NCBI RefSeq assembly: GCF_009914755.1
Contig: NC_060939.1
Strand: one strand, 5' to 3'
Source: the human T2T-CHM13v2.0 reference genome, Homo sapiens
Length of the DNA stretch: 64,000 bases
Part shown: positions 1-13,679 of the stretch, in pieces
Numbering within the stretch: position 1 is the stretch's first letter
Layout: each line of letters starts with the position of its first letter
Notes under the pieces: model-generated
Databases searched by the model: none
The model's input: the letters and a program-made list of their open reading frames with translations, nothing else
Told to the model about the DNA's origin: nothing
Program-made: the position numbers and the translations under genes

Positions 1-1214
1 GGGTCTTAGTGGTAATGGAAAATTTCTTACCAACCTGGGTGATGAATCTAAAACCAGCGGGAAAACCCACTGGGTTTTTATGAGGCCTCTAGTGTCTCCT
101 TGGCTCTCTATGTCATGTTAACTGGGCTCCACATTTTCCAGGGCATGACGATGCCTTGGAACACCTACTGTGGAGCCTGTGGCCTAAGCATCTCTGTATG
201 GAGATGCTATTCATACCTGTGAGCCAGCACTTAGTAGGCCTAATCCCTTTGTGAGTACACGTAGATAAGTGAAAAGAGATGAGCACTTATCCTTAAATTT
301 GCTTCCTTGAGTCTGTATTAGTTGTTATAACTTGAAATTAAGTGTTCTGAAGGAGGGCAGGTGCAACTTTACATGTAAGCCACCACTTCAGATACAGTAA
401 TTATGAGCCCATCTTCTTAGGTGATAGAAACTAGAGACTGTATATTTGGCGAAGTTCGTGATTGTTGGTATACTTGAGAACTTTTCACTTCACAGCAAGA
501 AGCTCTTTCTGACTTTTAATTATGGCATAAAAATAAATCTCATCAAGACTTTCAATCTTTAGCAGTCCCTCTGGTTAACCCAGTGGAAAGTTTTCCATTA
601 TGGTAACCTATGGCATTGAGGATATAGGATGGAGATACAACTAATTTTCAGATTTTTCCTGATGTACCTGGGTTTTATCTTGGATCCACATGCATTGAAG
701 TGGTATTTCTGGCTTTAGATGATAAGCTCAAATTCTAAAATTTTTACAGAAGCAAACATGGAACAAGACTTCAGTTAGGCTATTAGACATGTAAACTACT
801 CTGTTGCTTTTTTGGAATTATACTCCAAAAAAAACCCTAGCTATCCAAACTGATTATTATATACATTCACATATAGATACCTGTAGACTTATATAACTGG
901 TCTCAGGTTTTTGCCCTGCTTGTATGCTTAGTGTCTGCTTGTGCATACAGCTTTTTAAAGCTAGCTATGAAATACAGTTGCTGATGTCACTGTCAGAAAG
1001 TTAATTGCAGAATCCTAATAGCTAATATAAGGGTACTTCATATAGATGTCTTCATATAGAGTCTGTTGGAAACAGCTAAATAACTGTAAACAAGAAATCA
1101 GTTTAATTTCACAAAAGAAGATTCATAGTAGTATTATAGATTGAATGTATAGGTCTCTTATCAGTTCTTTTCCCTTCCTCAGGGAAGGTTAGCTTTCAAT
1201 GACTCCTGATAATC

Positions 1215-1690
1215 TGGGGATTATCCATCCAAGAGGAAAATGGCTAAGGGCATGAATAGGTAATACACTAAAAGAAAAAATACAAATGACCAATAAGCAT
1301 AAGAAAGATAGTCAACCTCACTTGTAATCAAAGAAATGAAATTTTTAAAAAACTATGTTAACCTAGTATGTTGACAAAAATTTAAAAAAAGAATCTTCAG
1401 TGTCGGAGGGAAATGGGCACATAGATTCTTGGTGGGAGTAAATAAGCCCTGTCTTGCCACAGGGGAGTTAGGCATTATGTACCAAAATATGAATTACACA
1501 CATCCTTTGACCCAGCAAATCTGCTTTTAGGCATGTATACACAAAGATGTATGTATAAGAGTGCTTGTTAAAGCTTTGTGGTTTATAATAGGAACAAAGG
1601 CTGGAAATAACCTAAATGTTCATCCATAGGGGGCCAGTTAAATAAAGGAATACTCTTCAGCCATTGAAAGTAATGAGGTATACTTCTATT
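1215..1690 (+). mobile_element. Old L1 (L1ME-like) ORF2/3' fragment
   Basis: Degenerate L1 motifs (aaatgaccaataagcat, tttgacccagcaaatctgcttttagg, cctaaatgttcatccatagg); boundaries approximate. Confidence 0.55.
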
Positions 1691-1779
1691 TTTATATATT
1701 TGATGTTAAATTAAAAAATATGTTATAGAACAGCAATGTATTTTACATATACACACACAATATATATAACCTATAAAAA

Positions 1780-2876
1780 TATATTTATCAGTGAACTCAT
1801 TTTTGATAAAGGTTACAAGAACATACCCTGAGGGAAGAGACAGTCTCTTCAATAAAGAGTTCTGGGAAATTGCTGAGGCAGGAGAATCGCTTGAACCCGG
1901 GAAGTGGAGGTTGCGGTGAGCCGAGATTGTGTCATTGCACTCCAGCCTGGGCAACAAGAGCAAAACTCTGTCTCAGGAAAAAAAAAAAAAAAAAGAGTTC
2001 TGGGAAACTGATATCTATGTGCAGAAGGATGAAACAAGACTCCTATCTTTCACCATATACAAAAATCAAATAAAAATGGATTAAATACTTAAATCGAAGA
2101 CCTCAAACTATGAAAACTACTACAAGAAAACACTGAGGAAACTCTCCAGGATGTTGATCTGGGCAAAAATTTCTTCAGTAATACCCCACAAGTGTAGACA
2201 ACCAAAGCAAAAATGGACAAAGGGGATCACTTTAAGTTAAAAAGCTTCTGCACAGCAAAGTGAAGAGACAACCCACAGAAGGGGAGAAAATATTTGCAAA
2301 CTACCCATATAACAAGGGATTAGTAACCAGAATGTATAAGGAGCTCAGACAACTCAATAGGGAAAAAAAATCTAATAATCTGATTAAAAAATGGGCAAAA
2401 GATTTGAATAGACATTTCTCAAAAAGCAAATGGTAAACAGGTATATGAAAAGGTGATCAACATCACTGATCATCAGAGAAATGCAAATCACAACTACAAT
2501 GAGATACCATCTCACTCCAGTTAAAATGGCTTTTATCCAAAAGCCAGGCAATAACAAATGCAGGAGAGGATGTGGTGAAAAGGGGACCCTGTTAAATGGT
2601 TGGTGGGAATGTAAACTAGTACAACCATTATGGAGAACAGTTTGGACGTTCCTCAAAAAACTAAAAATAGAGCTACCATATGATCCAGCAATACTACTGC
2701 TGGATATATACCCAAAAGAAAGGAAATCAATGTATCAGGATATCTGCACCCCCATGTTTGTTGCAGCACTATTCACTATAGCCAAGATATGGAAGCAACC
2801 TAAGTGTTCATCAGCAGATAAATGGACAAAGAAAATGTGGTACTTATACACAATGGAGTACTATTCAGCCATAAAA
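1780..2876 (+). mobile_element. L1MA-like LINE-1, left part (continues at 4349-4795)
   Basis: Typical L1 ORF2 3' sequence; interrupted at cagccataaaa by a younger L1. Confidence 0.85.
1872..1993 (+). mobile_element. 5'-truncated Alu (right arm only) inserted in L1
   Basis: gctgaggcaggagaatcgcttgaacccggg...poly(A); 16-bp TSD aaagagttctgggaaa at 1854-1869 and 1992-2007. Confidence 0.95.
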
Positions 2877-2879
2877 TAG
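2481..2879 (+). pseudogene. L1 ORF2p C-terminal remnant
   Basis: [17 protein letters not shown]...[10 protein letters not shown] matches the L1 ORF2p C-terminus; the CCHC motif is degenerate (LLNGWW instead of LLHCWW). Confidence 0.9.
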
Positions 2880-4348
2880 CCATACACAGAATGGGTATAA
2901 CTGGCTAGCCATACACAGAAATACAAAAATTAATTCAAGATGGATTAGAGACTTAAATGTAAAACCAAACGCTATAAAAATGCTGGAAGACAACCTAGGC
3001 AGTACCATCCAGGACACAGGCACAGGCAAAGATTTCGTGACAAAGATGCCAAAAGCAATTGCAACAAAAGCAAAATAGGATCTAATTAAACCAAAGAGCC
3101 ATGCACAGCAAAAGAAACTATCAACAAAGTAAACACAAAACCTATAGAATAGGAGAACATTTTTGCAAACTATGCATATGACAAAGGTCTAATATCCAGC
3201 ACCTACAAGGAACTTAAATTTACAAGAAAAAAACAACTCCATAAGAAAGTGGGAAAAGGACATGAATAGACACTTTTTTTTTCTTTTTTGAGATGGAGTC
3301 TTGCTGTTGCCAGGCTGGAGTGCAGTGGTGTGCTCTAGGCTCACTGCAACCTCCACCTCCCGGGTTCAAGTGATTGTTCTGCCTCCGCCTCCCGAATAGC
3401 TGGGACTACAGGCATGCGCCACCATGCCCAGCTAATTATTGTATTTTTACTAGAGACAGAGTTTCACCATGTTGGCCAGGATGGCCTCGATCTCTTGACC
3501 TTGTGATCCTCCTGCCTTGGCCACCCAAAGAGCTGGGATTATAGGCATGAGTCACTGTGCCCGGCCTGAATAGACACTTTTTAAAAGTAAGACATACATG
3601 CAGCCAACAACTATATGAAAAAAAGCTCAGTATTACTGATCATTAGAGACATGAAAATCAAAACCAGTGAGATACCATCTCATACCAGTCAGAATGACTA
3701 TTACTAAAAAGTAAAAAAATAACAGATGCTGGCGAGTTGTACTTATATACTGTTGGTGGGAGTGTAAATTAGGTCAGCCATTGTGGAAGACAGTGTGGCA
3801 ATTCCTCAAAGACCTAAAACACCATCTGACCCAGCAATCCCGTTACTTGGTATATAATCAAAGGAATATAAATCCTTCTGTAATATTCACACATGCATGT
3901 TCTTTGTGGCACTATTCACAATAGCAAAGACATGGAATCAACCTAAGTGCCCATCAATGATAGACTAGAAAAAGAAAATATGGTACATGCACACCATGGA
4001 GTACTATGCAGCCATAAAAACATGAAATATTTTTTGTAGAGATGGATGGAGCTGGAGGCCATTATCCCTAGCAAACTAACACAGGAACAGAAAACCAAAT
4101 ACCACAAGTTCTCACTTATAAGTGGGAGCTAAATGATGAGAACACATGAATACATAGAGGGGAACAACACACACTGGGGCCTTTTGGAGGTAGAGGAAGG
4201 AGAGGATCAGGAAAAATAACGAATGGGTACTAGGCTTAATACCTGGGTGACGCAATAATCTGTACAACAAACTCCCATGACACAAGTTTACCTATGTAAA
4301 AAACCTGCACTTGGACCCTTGAACTTAGAATAAAAGTTAAAAAAAAAA
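2877..4348 (+). mobile_element. 5'-truncated L1PA (older L1PA subfamily) nested in L1MA
   Basis: Second copy of the ORF2 3' end plus an L1PA-type 3'UTR ending aataaaagttaaaaaaaa at ~4348. Confidence 0.85.
3279..3566 (-). mobile_element. AluS nested in L1PA
   Basis: Full dimeric Alu; TSD tgaatagacacttttt at 3263 and 3567. Confidence 0.95.
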
Positions 4349-4795
4349 ATTATGAGATCTTGTTACTTACAACAACATGGATGGAACTGGGGGTCATTAC
4401 GTTAAGTGAAATAAACCAGGCACAGAAAGACAAACATCACATATTCTCACTTATTTGTGGGATCTAAAAATCAAAACAATTGAACTCGTGGAGATAAAGA
4501 GTAGAAGGATGGTTGCCAGAGGCTGGGAAGGGTAGTGGGGATGGTTAATGGGTCCAAAAAAAGAAAGAATGAACAGGACCTAGTATTTGATAGCACAACA
4601 GGATGACGATAATGGAAATTTTTAAATACACGAGTATGGTTGGATTGTTTGTAACACAAAGGATAAGTGCTTGAGGGGATGGATACCCCATTTTCCATGA
4701 TGTGATTATTACTCATTGAATGCCTGTATCAAAACATCTCATGTACCTCATAAATATATACACACCTATGTACCTAAAATTTTAGAAATTAAATA
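4349..4795 (+). mobile_element. L1MA-like 3' end (continuation of 1780-2876)
   Basis: Resumes atgagatcttgt...acaacatggatggaactgg and runs through the L1MA 3'UTR. Confidence 0.85.
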
Positions 4796-6094
4796 TACAT
4801 GAGTGTTTGTATATATTCTTTTATACACCCACAGATATATATGACTCTTCATATTTTTTCCAATGTTGGATAAGATGATAATGGATGACTTTTATATTCA
4901 GGGGGAAAAATTAAATGAATTAAAATATAAAGAGTACCAAATACTGGCAGTGAAAAGGGGCAGTGGTGCCTATTCTTCTAAACATGATAGCTTACCATTA
5001 TCTCAGCCATGCCAAGAGTTTTCTGTAATCTAAATATATGGCTTTACTTGATGGGTTTATTTAAATAGTGTAAATTGTGAACAGGAAAATCAAGGACTAT
5101 TTATTTGCTTATAGGAACTTACAGGATTTTGTTAACTGTAGTTAGGAGTGTTTTCAAGGAAGCAACATGGTATATATATTTCATGAGGGAAAAGGACTGT
5201 CACTGTGCTAAGCTTAGCATCTACATTTCTTTACAGAAGAAACTGATGAAAGGTATACAATATATACAGTCCTGTTTCGGGAGGCTTTTATGTAGGTTGA
5301 CTCCTCTAAACTAGGCAGAGTAGTAGACTAGAAAAAAGGGAAACTATTCTAAAATGGTTTTATGTTACTGTTATAATCTAGATGTTTTTACACTTAGATG
5401 TTTTTATACTTGTAATCAAATAAGTTTGATGTAGTTGACAGATTTTTAAAATTTTTTAATTGCATCTGTCCCACATTTGCTAATTTGCCAAGGGATGTGA
5501 CTCATACAGCAAATTAAAGACAGCCTTTCACTATGCAACTTGTATGGTAGTCTGGCCTCTTTAAGGATAAAGGGTACTACAGATCATTAGCATGAGATCT
5601 ATTAGCTTTGAGCATCTGCCTGTCACTCTTCCCCAGTATTGTTTAAGCTCACTGCCTTGTTTAACATAGTTATCTACCTGGTTTGGTATTACTCAGTTTA
5701 GAAAAGTTTTGAGCAGGGCTATGCTTGCTGTATTATTATCCTCACAGATTTTTCACTTAGGGAATTAGAAGCTATGAAATCTTTATTCCAAAGCACGATA
5801 AAACACTGATCTGCAATCAGTATAGTGATCTTCCTGTCTTTATGATATGAGCTTTTCCACTGTTGCTGATGTCACTTCCCAGAGGGAAGTGAATTTTAGT
5901 ATGATGAACAACTCCCAAAAGGGGGAAGAAAATGAATTATTGGCTTTTCTATGCCTGCATCAATAAGTGAAGATGACTGTTCCCTTATCTATACCTCTTC
6001 CTCCGCCAAGCAAAGGAAACACTCAGTGGAAGACCCCAAAGTAAATAGTTATATGATGAGGGTCTCTCATGATAACTTTTGATTTGTCAAACAG

Positions 6095-6307
6095 GACAAG
6101 AGTCGCCTGTTTCGAGTACAGTTCAGTGGAGAGTCAAAGGAGCAGGCGCTGGAACACTGCTGCAGTTGTGTTCAGAAGCTGGCACAATACATAACCGTGC
6201 AGGTGCCTGATGGAAACATCCAGGAGCTTCAGCTGATTCCTGGCCCACCCAGGGCAACTGAAAGTCAAGGGAAGGATTCTGCAAAGAGTGTCCCACGGCA
6301 GCCTGGA
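6095..6307 (+). CDS. REC114: REC114 coding exon (third from last), end of PH domain plus linker
   Basis: acag|GAC...GGA|gtaagt, 213 nt, phase 0; DKSRLFRVQFSGESKEQALEHCCSCVQKLAQYITVQVPDG...SVPRQPG. Confidence 0.97.
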
Positions 6308-6527
6308 GTAAGTAGGCTGATGTGTTGGTTATACAGGAAACATGACAATGCAGTGCACAATGAGTGGCCAAAATGACAGTGGAGTTTGTCAAGTCTGTTA
6401 GGTTTGTAGTTTAAAAAACATCTATGTTCGGTGACTTTTTAAAATTGAGGTCGATACTCATTGTAGCTCCCTATTCAGAAATTAGGCAGGGAGGAGTTCC
6501 AGCTGCATTCTGGGTGTCACTACAGAA

Positions 6528-7755
6528 CAGTGGTTCTCAAAGTGTGGTCCACGAACCCCTCCCTAGGACTCTTCCAGGGGGCCCACAAGGTCAAAATTAT
6601 TTTTCTTAATATTTAAAGAAAGAGTATCACTTGCCTTTTTCACTGTGTCAACATTTGAATTGATGACACAAAGGCATCGTAAGGCTGCTGTCATCTCATA
6701 CAGATCAGGCAGTGGCACCAAACTGTACTAATAGTCATCATGTTCCAATCATTCGCAGTAAGAACAAACTAACGAAATAACCCTGCAGTCTGCAGTACCA
6801 TGGCTGTCTCAAGGGAACGCACCTGTGTGACATTTGTATTTTGAACTAGCCTCTTTTTTCATAAAATACCATCATTATGTGAGAGAACAACAGACTATGG
6901 TAATTCAGATTTGGGTATTTGGCAGACATTTTCTCAAAAATCAGTGAAATGAACTATCACTTCAGGAAAACAACTGATAGTATTTATTGAAAATGATAAA
7001 ATTTAAGCTTCCAAGTGAAAATTAGAATCTTGAAAAACTTGTATCTGCCACATGAGCTTCACAACTTCCCAACCCGGAAGACTTTTCTAAAGGTGCTATT
7101 AATAAATGTGATTTACTTGTTTGTAAGTAATTACCTGATGAAATGTGTCAATATTTGAAAGACAGTATATTCAGTGAATCAGTATTGTCCAGATGACCGA
7201 TGCCTGAATGCCACAAAATTATACGTGGATAAAGAGCTATTCAAAAGTGTAAGATAGGCTAAAAGATTGTAATATAACAGTATAACAAGTTTATTGCCAT
7301 GGTTTCAGATTCTATATTGCAACTTAACTTTAAGCAACTCACTCGTTGAGTTTTGGTGTTGTATCAAGGAATATCCACAGTTATCTGAACAGGCTATTCT
7401 AAAATACCCCTCCCTTCTCCATCTATAATTTGTGTGAGGCCAGATTTTCTTCATGTCTTCAACCAAAGCAGCACATTACAGCAAACTGAATGCAGCAGCA
7501 AATATAAGAATCTAGTCACCTTCTACTAAACTAGGTAGTAAAGAGATTTGCAAAAATCATTATTTTGTTTTAGAAAAGTTATTTTCCATAAAATGTTTTC
7601 AACATTAACGTAAAGTGGGTTTATTATTTTTAATGAACATTTTTAAATTCCGTGTTAGTTTCTAATATGATAAATACCAGATAAATGTAACTCAGATGAA
7701 AGTTCTTTGAAGGCCTCATAAGGGGTCTTGTGATAAAAAAGTTTGAGACTCATGA
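6528..7755 (+). mobile_element. Charlie1a-like hAT DNA transposon
   Basis: Starts cagtggttctcaaagtgtggtcc, ends aaagtttgagactcatg; 8-bp TSD ctacagaa / ctatagaa. Confidence 0.85.
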
Positions 7756-7980
7756 CTATAGAATTTCTCCCAGAAATATGTGTTCTGCATTTCTTTGGCA
7801 GTTTCAAATATTATTGGAATAAGCACCTACCTCTGTTCTTGAGATGAGATACTACTTTCAAGCTGGGTTTTGCATTTGCTTTGAGAAGTGATTTTTCCAA
7901 ACCTGGTTTTCCATTACTTCATCATGTTAGTTTTCCTTAACCAAAACACCTCATTTTTGCTGTTTTGTCACTATGTTTCT

Positions 7981-8270
7981 TTTTTTTGAGACAGAGTTTC
8001 GCTCTTGTTGCCCAGGCTGAAGTGTGCAATGGCACGATCTCGGCTCACTGCAACCTGGCCTCCCAGGTTCAAGCCATTCTCCTGCCTCAGCCTCCCGAGT
8101 AGCTGGGATTACAGACATCCACCACCATGCCCAGCTAATTTTTGTATTTTTAATAGAGATGGGGTTTCATTATGTTGGCCAAGCTGGTCTCGAACTCCTG
8201 ACCTCAGGAGATCCACCCTCCTCGGCCTCCCAAAGTGCTGGGATTACAAGCATGAGCCACCGCACCCAGC
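7981..8270 (-). mobile_element. AluS
   Basis: Full Alu; TSD tgtcacta(t/a)gtttctt. Confidence 0.95.
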
Positions 8271-9000
8271 TGTCACTAAGTTTCTTGTTACTCATAATTT
8301 GTCTAAGGTGAACATAAATTTTCATTATTTATTATACAATCTTTTTCTTTAAGCAGGTGCTGCATGATTTCCTCTTGAATGTATTTAGTTTACCAAACAG
8401 ATTTTGGTGTTTTCCTTCCCTTCGTTTGATTTTTGTGAAGATGTCTTAATGCTGAAGCTGCTTGCCTCACAAACCCTGGATCTAGTTTCAAACAATAATG
8501 CTTCGTCTATATTCAGCTCCTGCTATATTCCTTAAGAATCCCCTCCCTACAAATGGGTTGGTTGTTATAAGGTATTTTATTGCTTATGATCCTTTGCCCT
8601 TTAGTTTTTCATGTTTCACTGCCCGTTAGATTCAGATGATAGTATAGTATACCCAGTGTATGGAGTGTAACAAAAAAACCCAAAAGGGTTCCAGATTTTG
8701 GGAACTCAGTCTGGAGTTCCTTATAAAGGTAATGAAGTCACATCACGCTAGAACCTCATCAGGCTACACAATTATCTAAGTATTACAAATGCAAATAAAT
8801 TGAAGTTGTAACATGCAGTAACAAATGCAGGCTGAGTTGTGAGCTACAGCCCCAGATGAAGGCTCCAGCTCTCTGATGTTAAAGACTGGTCCCAAATGTC
8901 TAGGTAGGAATACCTGAGAAGTGGTTAGGAAACTTTCATGCCTTTCTTGATTCTATTTTCAGGGACTCTTCTGAACTGTAATTGGGTGATTTGACTAAGA

Positions 9001-9200
9001 TAGCATGATGTTGTGCAAAGACTACAGGCTTTGGTATCAAAATGGATCTAGGTTAGAATCCTGGCCCTATTTCTTAGTAGCTGTGTGATCTCACGGAAGC
9101 CAATTAGCCCCGTCTGTAAAATGGTGAGATTAAAATGCTGTATAGAAAGTACCCAATACAATGCCTGGCAAATATAATCACAAAATCCATCATTACTATT
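9001..9200 (+). mobile_element. MIR SINE
   Basis: MIR core gaatcctggccct...tagctgtgtgatct...ctgtaaaatgg. Confidence 0.7.
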
Positions 9201-11458
9201 ATTGCCACCAATGTTACCCTTTCAGATGTGCCTTCCCTTGCAAATGAACAAATCAGCATCCTAGTCAATTAGCAAGGATCAGAACCTCCAGAGCCAAGAG
9301 AGGGCATGATAAGACAGTGTCTGAAGCTGCAGAGCAGATGATAAGTTAAAGCCATTGGATTAAATTCCACCAGGGTACAGACCTTGTGAGGCACCACCTA
9401 GAACATTCTAGTTTTCCTAATGGCAAAACATAAGGTTTGCCCTTAACTCTGTTGTACAAATTTTGGTAGCATGTGCTCTTTCTCAGAATCCGTCTTAAGC
9501 GGCACAAGCCATGGCCAAGGTTCTGGTCATTTTGCTGCTCTCTTACATTCAGGTGTGTCATTTTTGTAGTACCTATATATTTTTTAGTATAAAATAGTTA
9601 TTTCCTTCTTTGCAAATAGAGATAATTCTATTTCAAGTTCTTGAGTCATTTACTGGCTCATATTTTAGTTTTTGCTTTTCCTCAGCCTTGTAATTTTGTT
9701 AATTGTGGCTTAACCAGGCATTTCTCAACCTTAGCACTTCAAAGGCAACCAGCCCACCCCAGGGAGGGGGATGGGAAAGACAGTTAAGAGGATCGCAGTT
9801 CCTATGTGGACTCTTTCCTGTTAGCACAAAAAGTCCAGAAGAAAGTAGCTAGGGGACTCCAGCTACTGTGTGCACAGACTCTTCCATCTCTATGCTGTTG
9901 CAGAGGTGGACCATCTAATCCTAGAGCCCGCTAGCCTCAGGTGCTTCAGTTCCACTTAGCTATTTTTTAGTGTTTATGGCAGACAATTTTGGTTGACATT
10001 AGTTCTTTGTGTGAGCTGAAATGATAGGTATTCTAGGAAAGCATCATATGTCATAGCTGAAGAAACACTAGGCACTAGAGGCTGCCTTGTTTTTACAGAG
10101 GAGAAAACTGAAGAAACTGAACAGAGAAATGGGGCTTGTCTAAGGACTATTGATTATAGAGTCCTTTGGCCCTTTGGCCATTTTGCTCGTTTTTTGTTTT
10201 CTTGTCTTTGTTCTTTCCTTCCTCACTGTACCTCCACCCCTCTTTTTTGTTGTTGTTTGATGCTTCCAGGTCTGGTTTCCTGCTACCTACTGACTAGCAA
10301 CCATCAGATTCTCTGTAGGACAGAAGACAGAATTTGGCATCTCCTGCCTTCTGGTAGTCAGACTTGTTGCTGAAGGACAGAAGCGCCCTCCAAAGAGTGC
10401 CCTGTTTCCTCCCTGTATTGCACCATGAGCTCATACCTAGTGTAGGATCACCACTGCTCGTCTGGAGATTAGCACTGCAGCAACCTCAGGTACCCAAGGC
10501 ATATTGGGGCCTGCAGACATGTGGCTAGGAAGGAACGGAGGTAGGGCCCTTCATGCCTCCAGACCTCCTGCACCTTGTTCATTCCATTTGTCTGGAAAGC
10601 ATCCCATGTCCTACCCGAGAACAACTTATTACCATAGATTCTCTCCAGATAGCATGGACCTTAGAGCATCCCTGTACTTCCTGCTTAGCATACAGCCCTC
10701 CAGTTTACCCACTTCTCTGTGAACCTCTAGCACTTCCTGAGTTGCAAGATAATTCATGGTTTTACTTGTTAGGTTCTCACTGGGTTGTGGGCTTCCAGAG
10801 GGCAGGACTATCTTGTTCTTTGTCGCTCCTATCCCCGTACCACCCCAGTGTCTAGTACGTAGGAGGTATAAACAGTTGTTGAAAGAAGATATCTGTAAGT
10901 TTTACTTACAGAAGAACTGATTCTTTCAGAATATCTAAAATGAGATTTAAAAAAATCATTTTATTGAAAACATCAGTTGTCTTAAAATTATAGGAGTTTC
11001 CCCCCATTTTGCATTTCTTCAATGAACATGTATTACTTGAGCAATAATTTTTAGAGTGTGACAAATCATCAGAAGCTGGGGTCCGTCCACTGCATGTAGG
11101 CTGCCATGGTAACAGCACCGGGCCCACCCTCCAGCACCTGGTCCTGAATCCTAGGCTGGGCCTCTAACAACAGAGGAATGCCCCAGTGTCTGACAGGAAG
11201 AAGCACTAACAGCCTGCCAACTGCTGAGGAACATCAAATAGAGGTCAGGAGCCGCAAATTTAAACTCAGTACTTCTGCTGTGGTAACTCAAGTAACCCTC
11301 CGTTTAAACCAGGACAGACCTATGCTGACAACCATTTTTATCACTCTTAGTGGTATTTTCTTTCTTTGAACATGAATGCATATTTCTGCTCTTTAATGGC
11401 CTTTGGTATTTAAGATTACATTCAGCTAGTCTCCTTATTGCATGTTGTTTTATTCCAG

Positions 11459-11548
11459 TCCCACCAGCACTCAGAACAACAGCAAGTGTGTGTAACAGCG
11501 GGCACAGGCGCTCCAGACGGAAGGACCTCACTGACGCAGTTAGCTCAG
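11459..11548 (+). CDS. REC114: REC114 penultimate exon
   Basis: ttccag|TCC...CAG|gtagag, 90 nt; SHQHSEQQQVCVTAGTGAPDGRTSLTQLAQ. Confidence 0.96.
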
Positions 11549-12219
11549 GTAGAGCTTATTTCTGTGTTCAATTTTCTTGTCATGAGAAGCAGTGACCCCT
11601 AAGAATTTGTATCCCTTTGTTCACTTCTTTGTTTTAGGAGAGAAACTTCTAAAGCATTACTCTAAAAGGTGATAGAGACAGAGACGGGCCATTTTCATCT
11701 ACCCCTTGCAGAGTTAAGTTTTATTACAGTAAGTTGTGAGGTGAGACATGATGGCTGCAGGCACATAGTCAAGATCTACCCTCCTAAGGAAATAAAACGG
11801 GGAAAAGTGGTTGAATGTCCAATATAGAAAATTTAATCACCACTTTCCCAAAAAAGAATAAATGGAGGACTCCATTGTAATTATGGAAATGAAATTTGGG
11901 AACTATTTTAAGACAAATATCAAAATGAATGTGGATTCAGATCTACAACAATTTCTATATGGGTAGATTGTTAGTACTCAGCTAAGGATGTGAAACCCAG
12001 GAGGATTCAGCTGTTAACTCAGACTTGCTTTCAGACAGCCCCTTGCCCCCTGCTGCAAAACCTCTTCATTCAAAACTATGGTTGTGTGACGTCCACTCTC
12101 CTGGGAGCTCTGCAAGGACTTTGTCTCCCCCTCACTGCATTCCTCATTGCAGGTGTTCAAGCCAGCAGCTTCTGCTTGCCACAGAATTCTGTGTGAAGTT
12201 CATCAATCTTCAAGTATGA

Positions 12220-12524
12220 TTTTTTTTTTTTTTTGAGGCAGGGTCTCACCATGCCTCAGCACCCAGCAGGCTGGAGTGCAGTGGTGCGATCTTGGCTCAC
12301 TGCAACCTCTGTCTCCTGGGTTCAAGTGATTTTCCTGCCTTAGCCTCCTGAGTAGCTGGGATTACAGGCGTGTGCCACCACGCCCAGCTAATTTTTGTAT
12401 TTTTAGTAGAGTCAGGATTTCACTGTGTTGGCCAGGCTGGTCTTGAACCCCAGACCTCAAGTGATTCCCCCACCTTGGGCTCCCAAATTGCTAGGATTAC
12501 AGGTGTTAGCCACTATGCCCGGCC
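12220..12524 (-). mobile_element. Alu (S/J)
   Basis: Poly(T) followed by a dimeric Alu ending ccggcc. Confidence 0.95.
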
Positions 12525-13211
12525 ACATTTTCTTTTAATCCCTCCACTAAACTGTACTATCAGTAGTTTAAAAAAAAAAAAAAAAAAAGAAAAAAAGGGT
12601 TTTCTCCATCTGGCTTGCCACTAACTCAAAATAAATGGACAATCATATAGAATAAAAAACTCAAGAGGTAGGAAGACTAAGAATTCATGTTTATTTCTTT
12701 TAATAAACCCGTAACTATGAAAAAAATTATTTGTCCAGCAGCAGGACTAATGCCCATATTTGCATTGGGGTTAGGGGCTAACTGAATCAGAGAAGCTGAG
12801 GAAAACAGAGCTGCAATAAAACAATAAGCAAGGCAGGGTGTGATGTCCTTATTTAGGAAATATCAATTGCTAGAAAAGGCATACCTTTGCCCAGTTTATT
12901 TACGTAGTATGGAAGAACCATATACAAATGAGAAAAAGCATGAAGCTTGGAGCTCAGATACATTACTTACTTGCTCTTATCTTTTGGACATGTCATTCTA
13001 TGTAAGTTGGTAAAACCTTTTGGAAGGCAATTTAGCAGTACATATCAAATTTAATATTATGTTAGCTATAATTTCATTTCAACTACACAAATATACATAT
13101 GTTCATCACAATGCTTAAGAAATTGGAAACAACATAAATGTTCATTTAATAGGATATTAAGTGAGGTATAACCACAGATGGGATAGAAATGCAATTAATA
13201 CAAGGGATGTA

Positions 13212-13351
13212 GGCCGCACATGGTGGCTCACACCTGTAGTCCCAAGCACTTTGGGGGGCTGAGGCAGGAGGATCATTTAAGGCCAGGAGTTCAAGACTAG
13301 CCTGGCCTAACATCATATTGAGACCCCCATCTCTAAAAATAAACAAAACAA
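13212..13351 (+). mobile_element. Alu left monomer / FLAM
   Basis: ggccgcacatggtggctcacacctgtagtccc...A-rich tail. Confidence 0.85.
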
Positions 13352-13679
13352 GTGCTGTATATCCCAAGTAAGTTTCTGTTACAGAGAGTTCCTAGAGAAA
13401 TACCAGTTATGTACTTACACACTAAAACATGCTATCCACATAAAGAATAAAACCACCTACCTCACAGAATTAATGTGAGGAGTCAATAAGATGACCAAGT
13501 CAATGCACCAAAGTAAGTGGACCACACAGAACTGGAGCCCATCATCGTCATGTGGGACTGTGGATCCAGTGTTGCCAGATCTTCCAAATTGTCAAGATTT
13601 TTATTTGAACTCTCCTAATATTTAAACGTTGACAACTTATTCAACTGGTTTTAAAACACTGCAGGTTACCAAAGAAAAC

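Noticed and set aside
62-78. Palindrome aaaaccca-c-tgggtttt with a nearby TGATGA (snoRNA box C-like)
   Set aside because: No box D at a suitable distance; an 8-bp inverted repeat is expected by chance in 64 kb
6123-6392. 89-aa ORF on the - strand
   Set aside because: Antisense shadow of the REC114 exon
8005-8352. Alu-derived ORFs (also at 12370, 16630, 30186, 33865, 44190, 60525 etc.)
   Set aside because: Standard Alu translations, not genes
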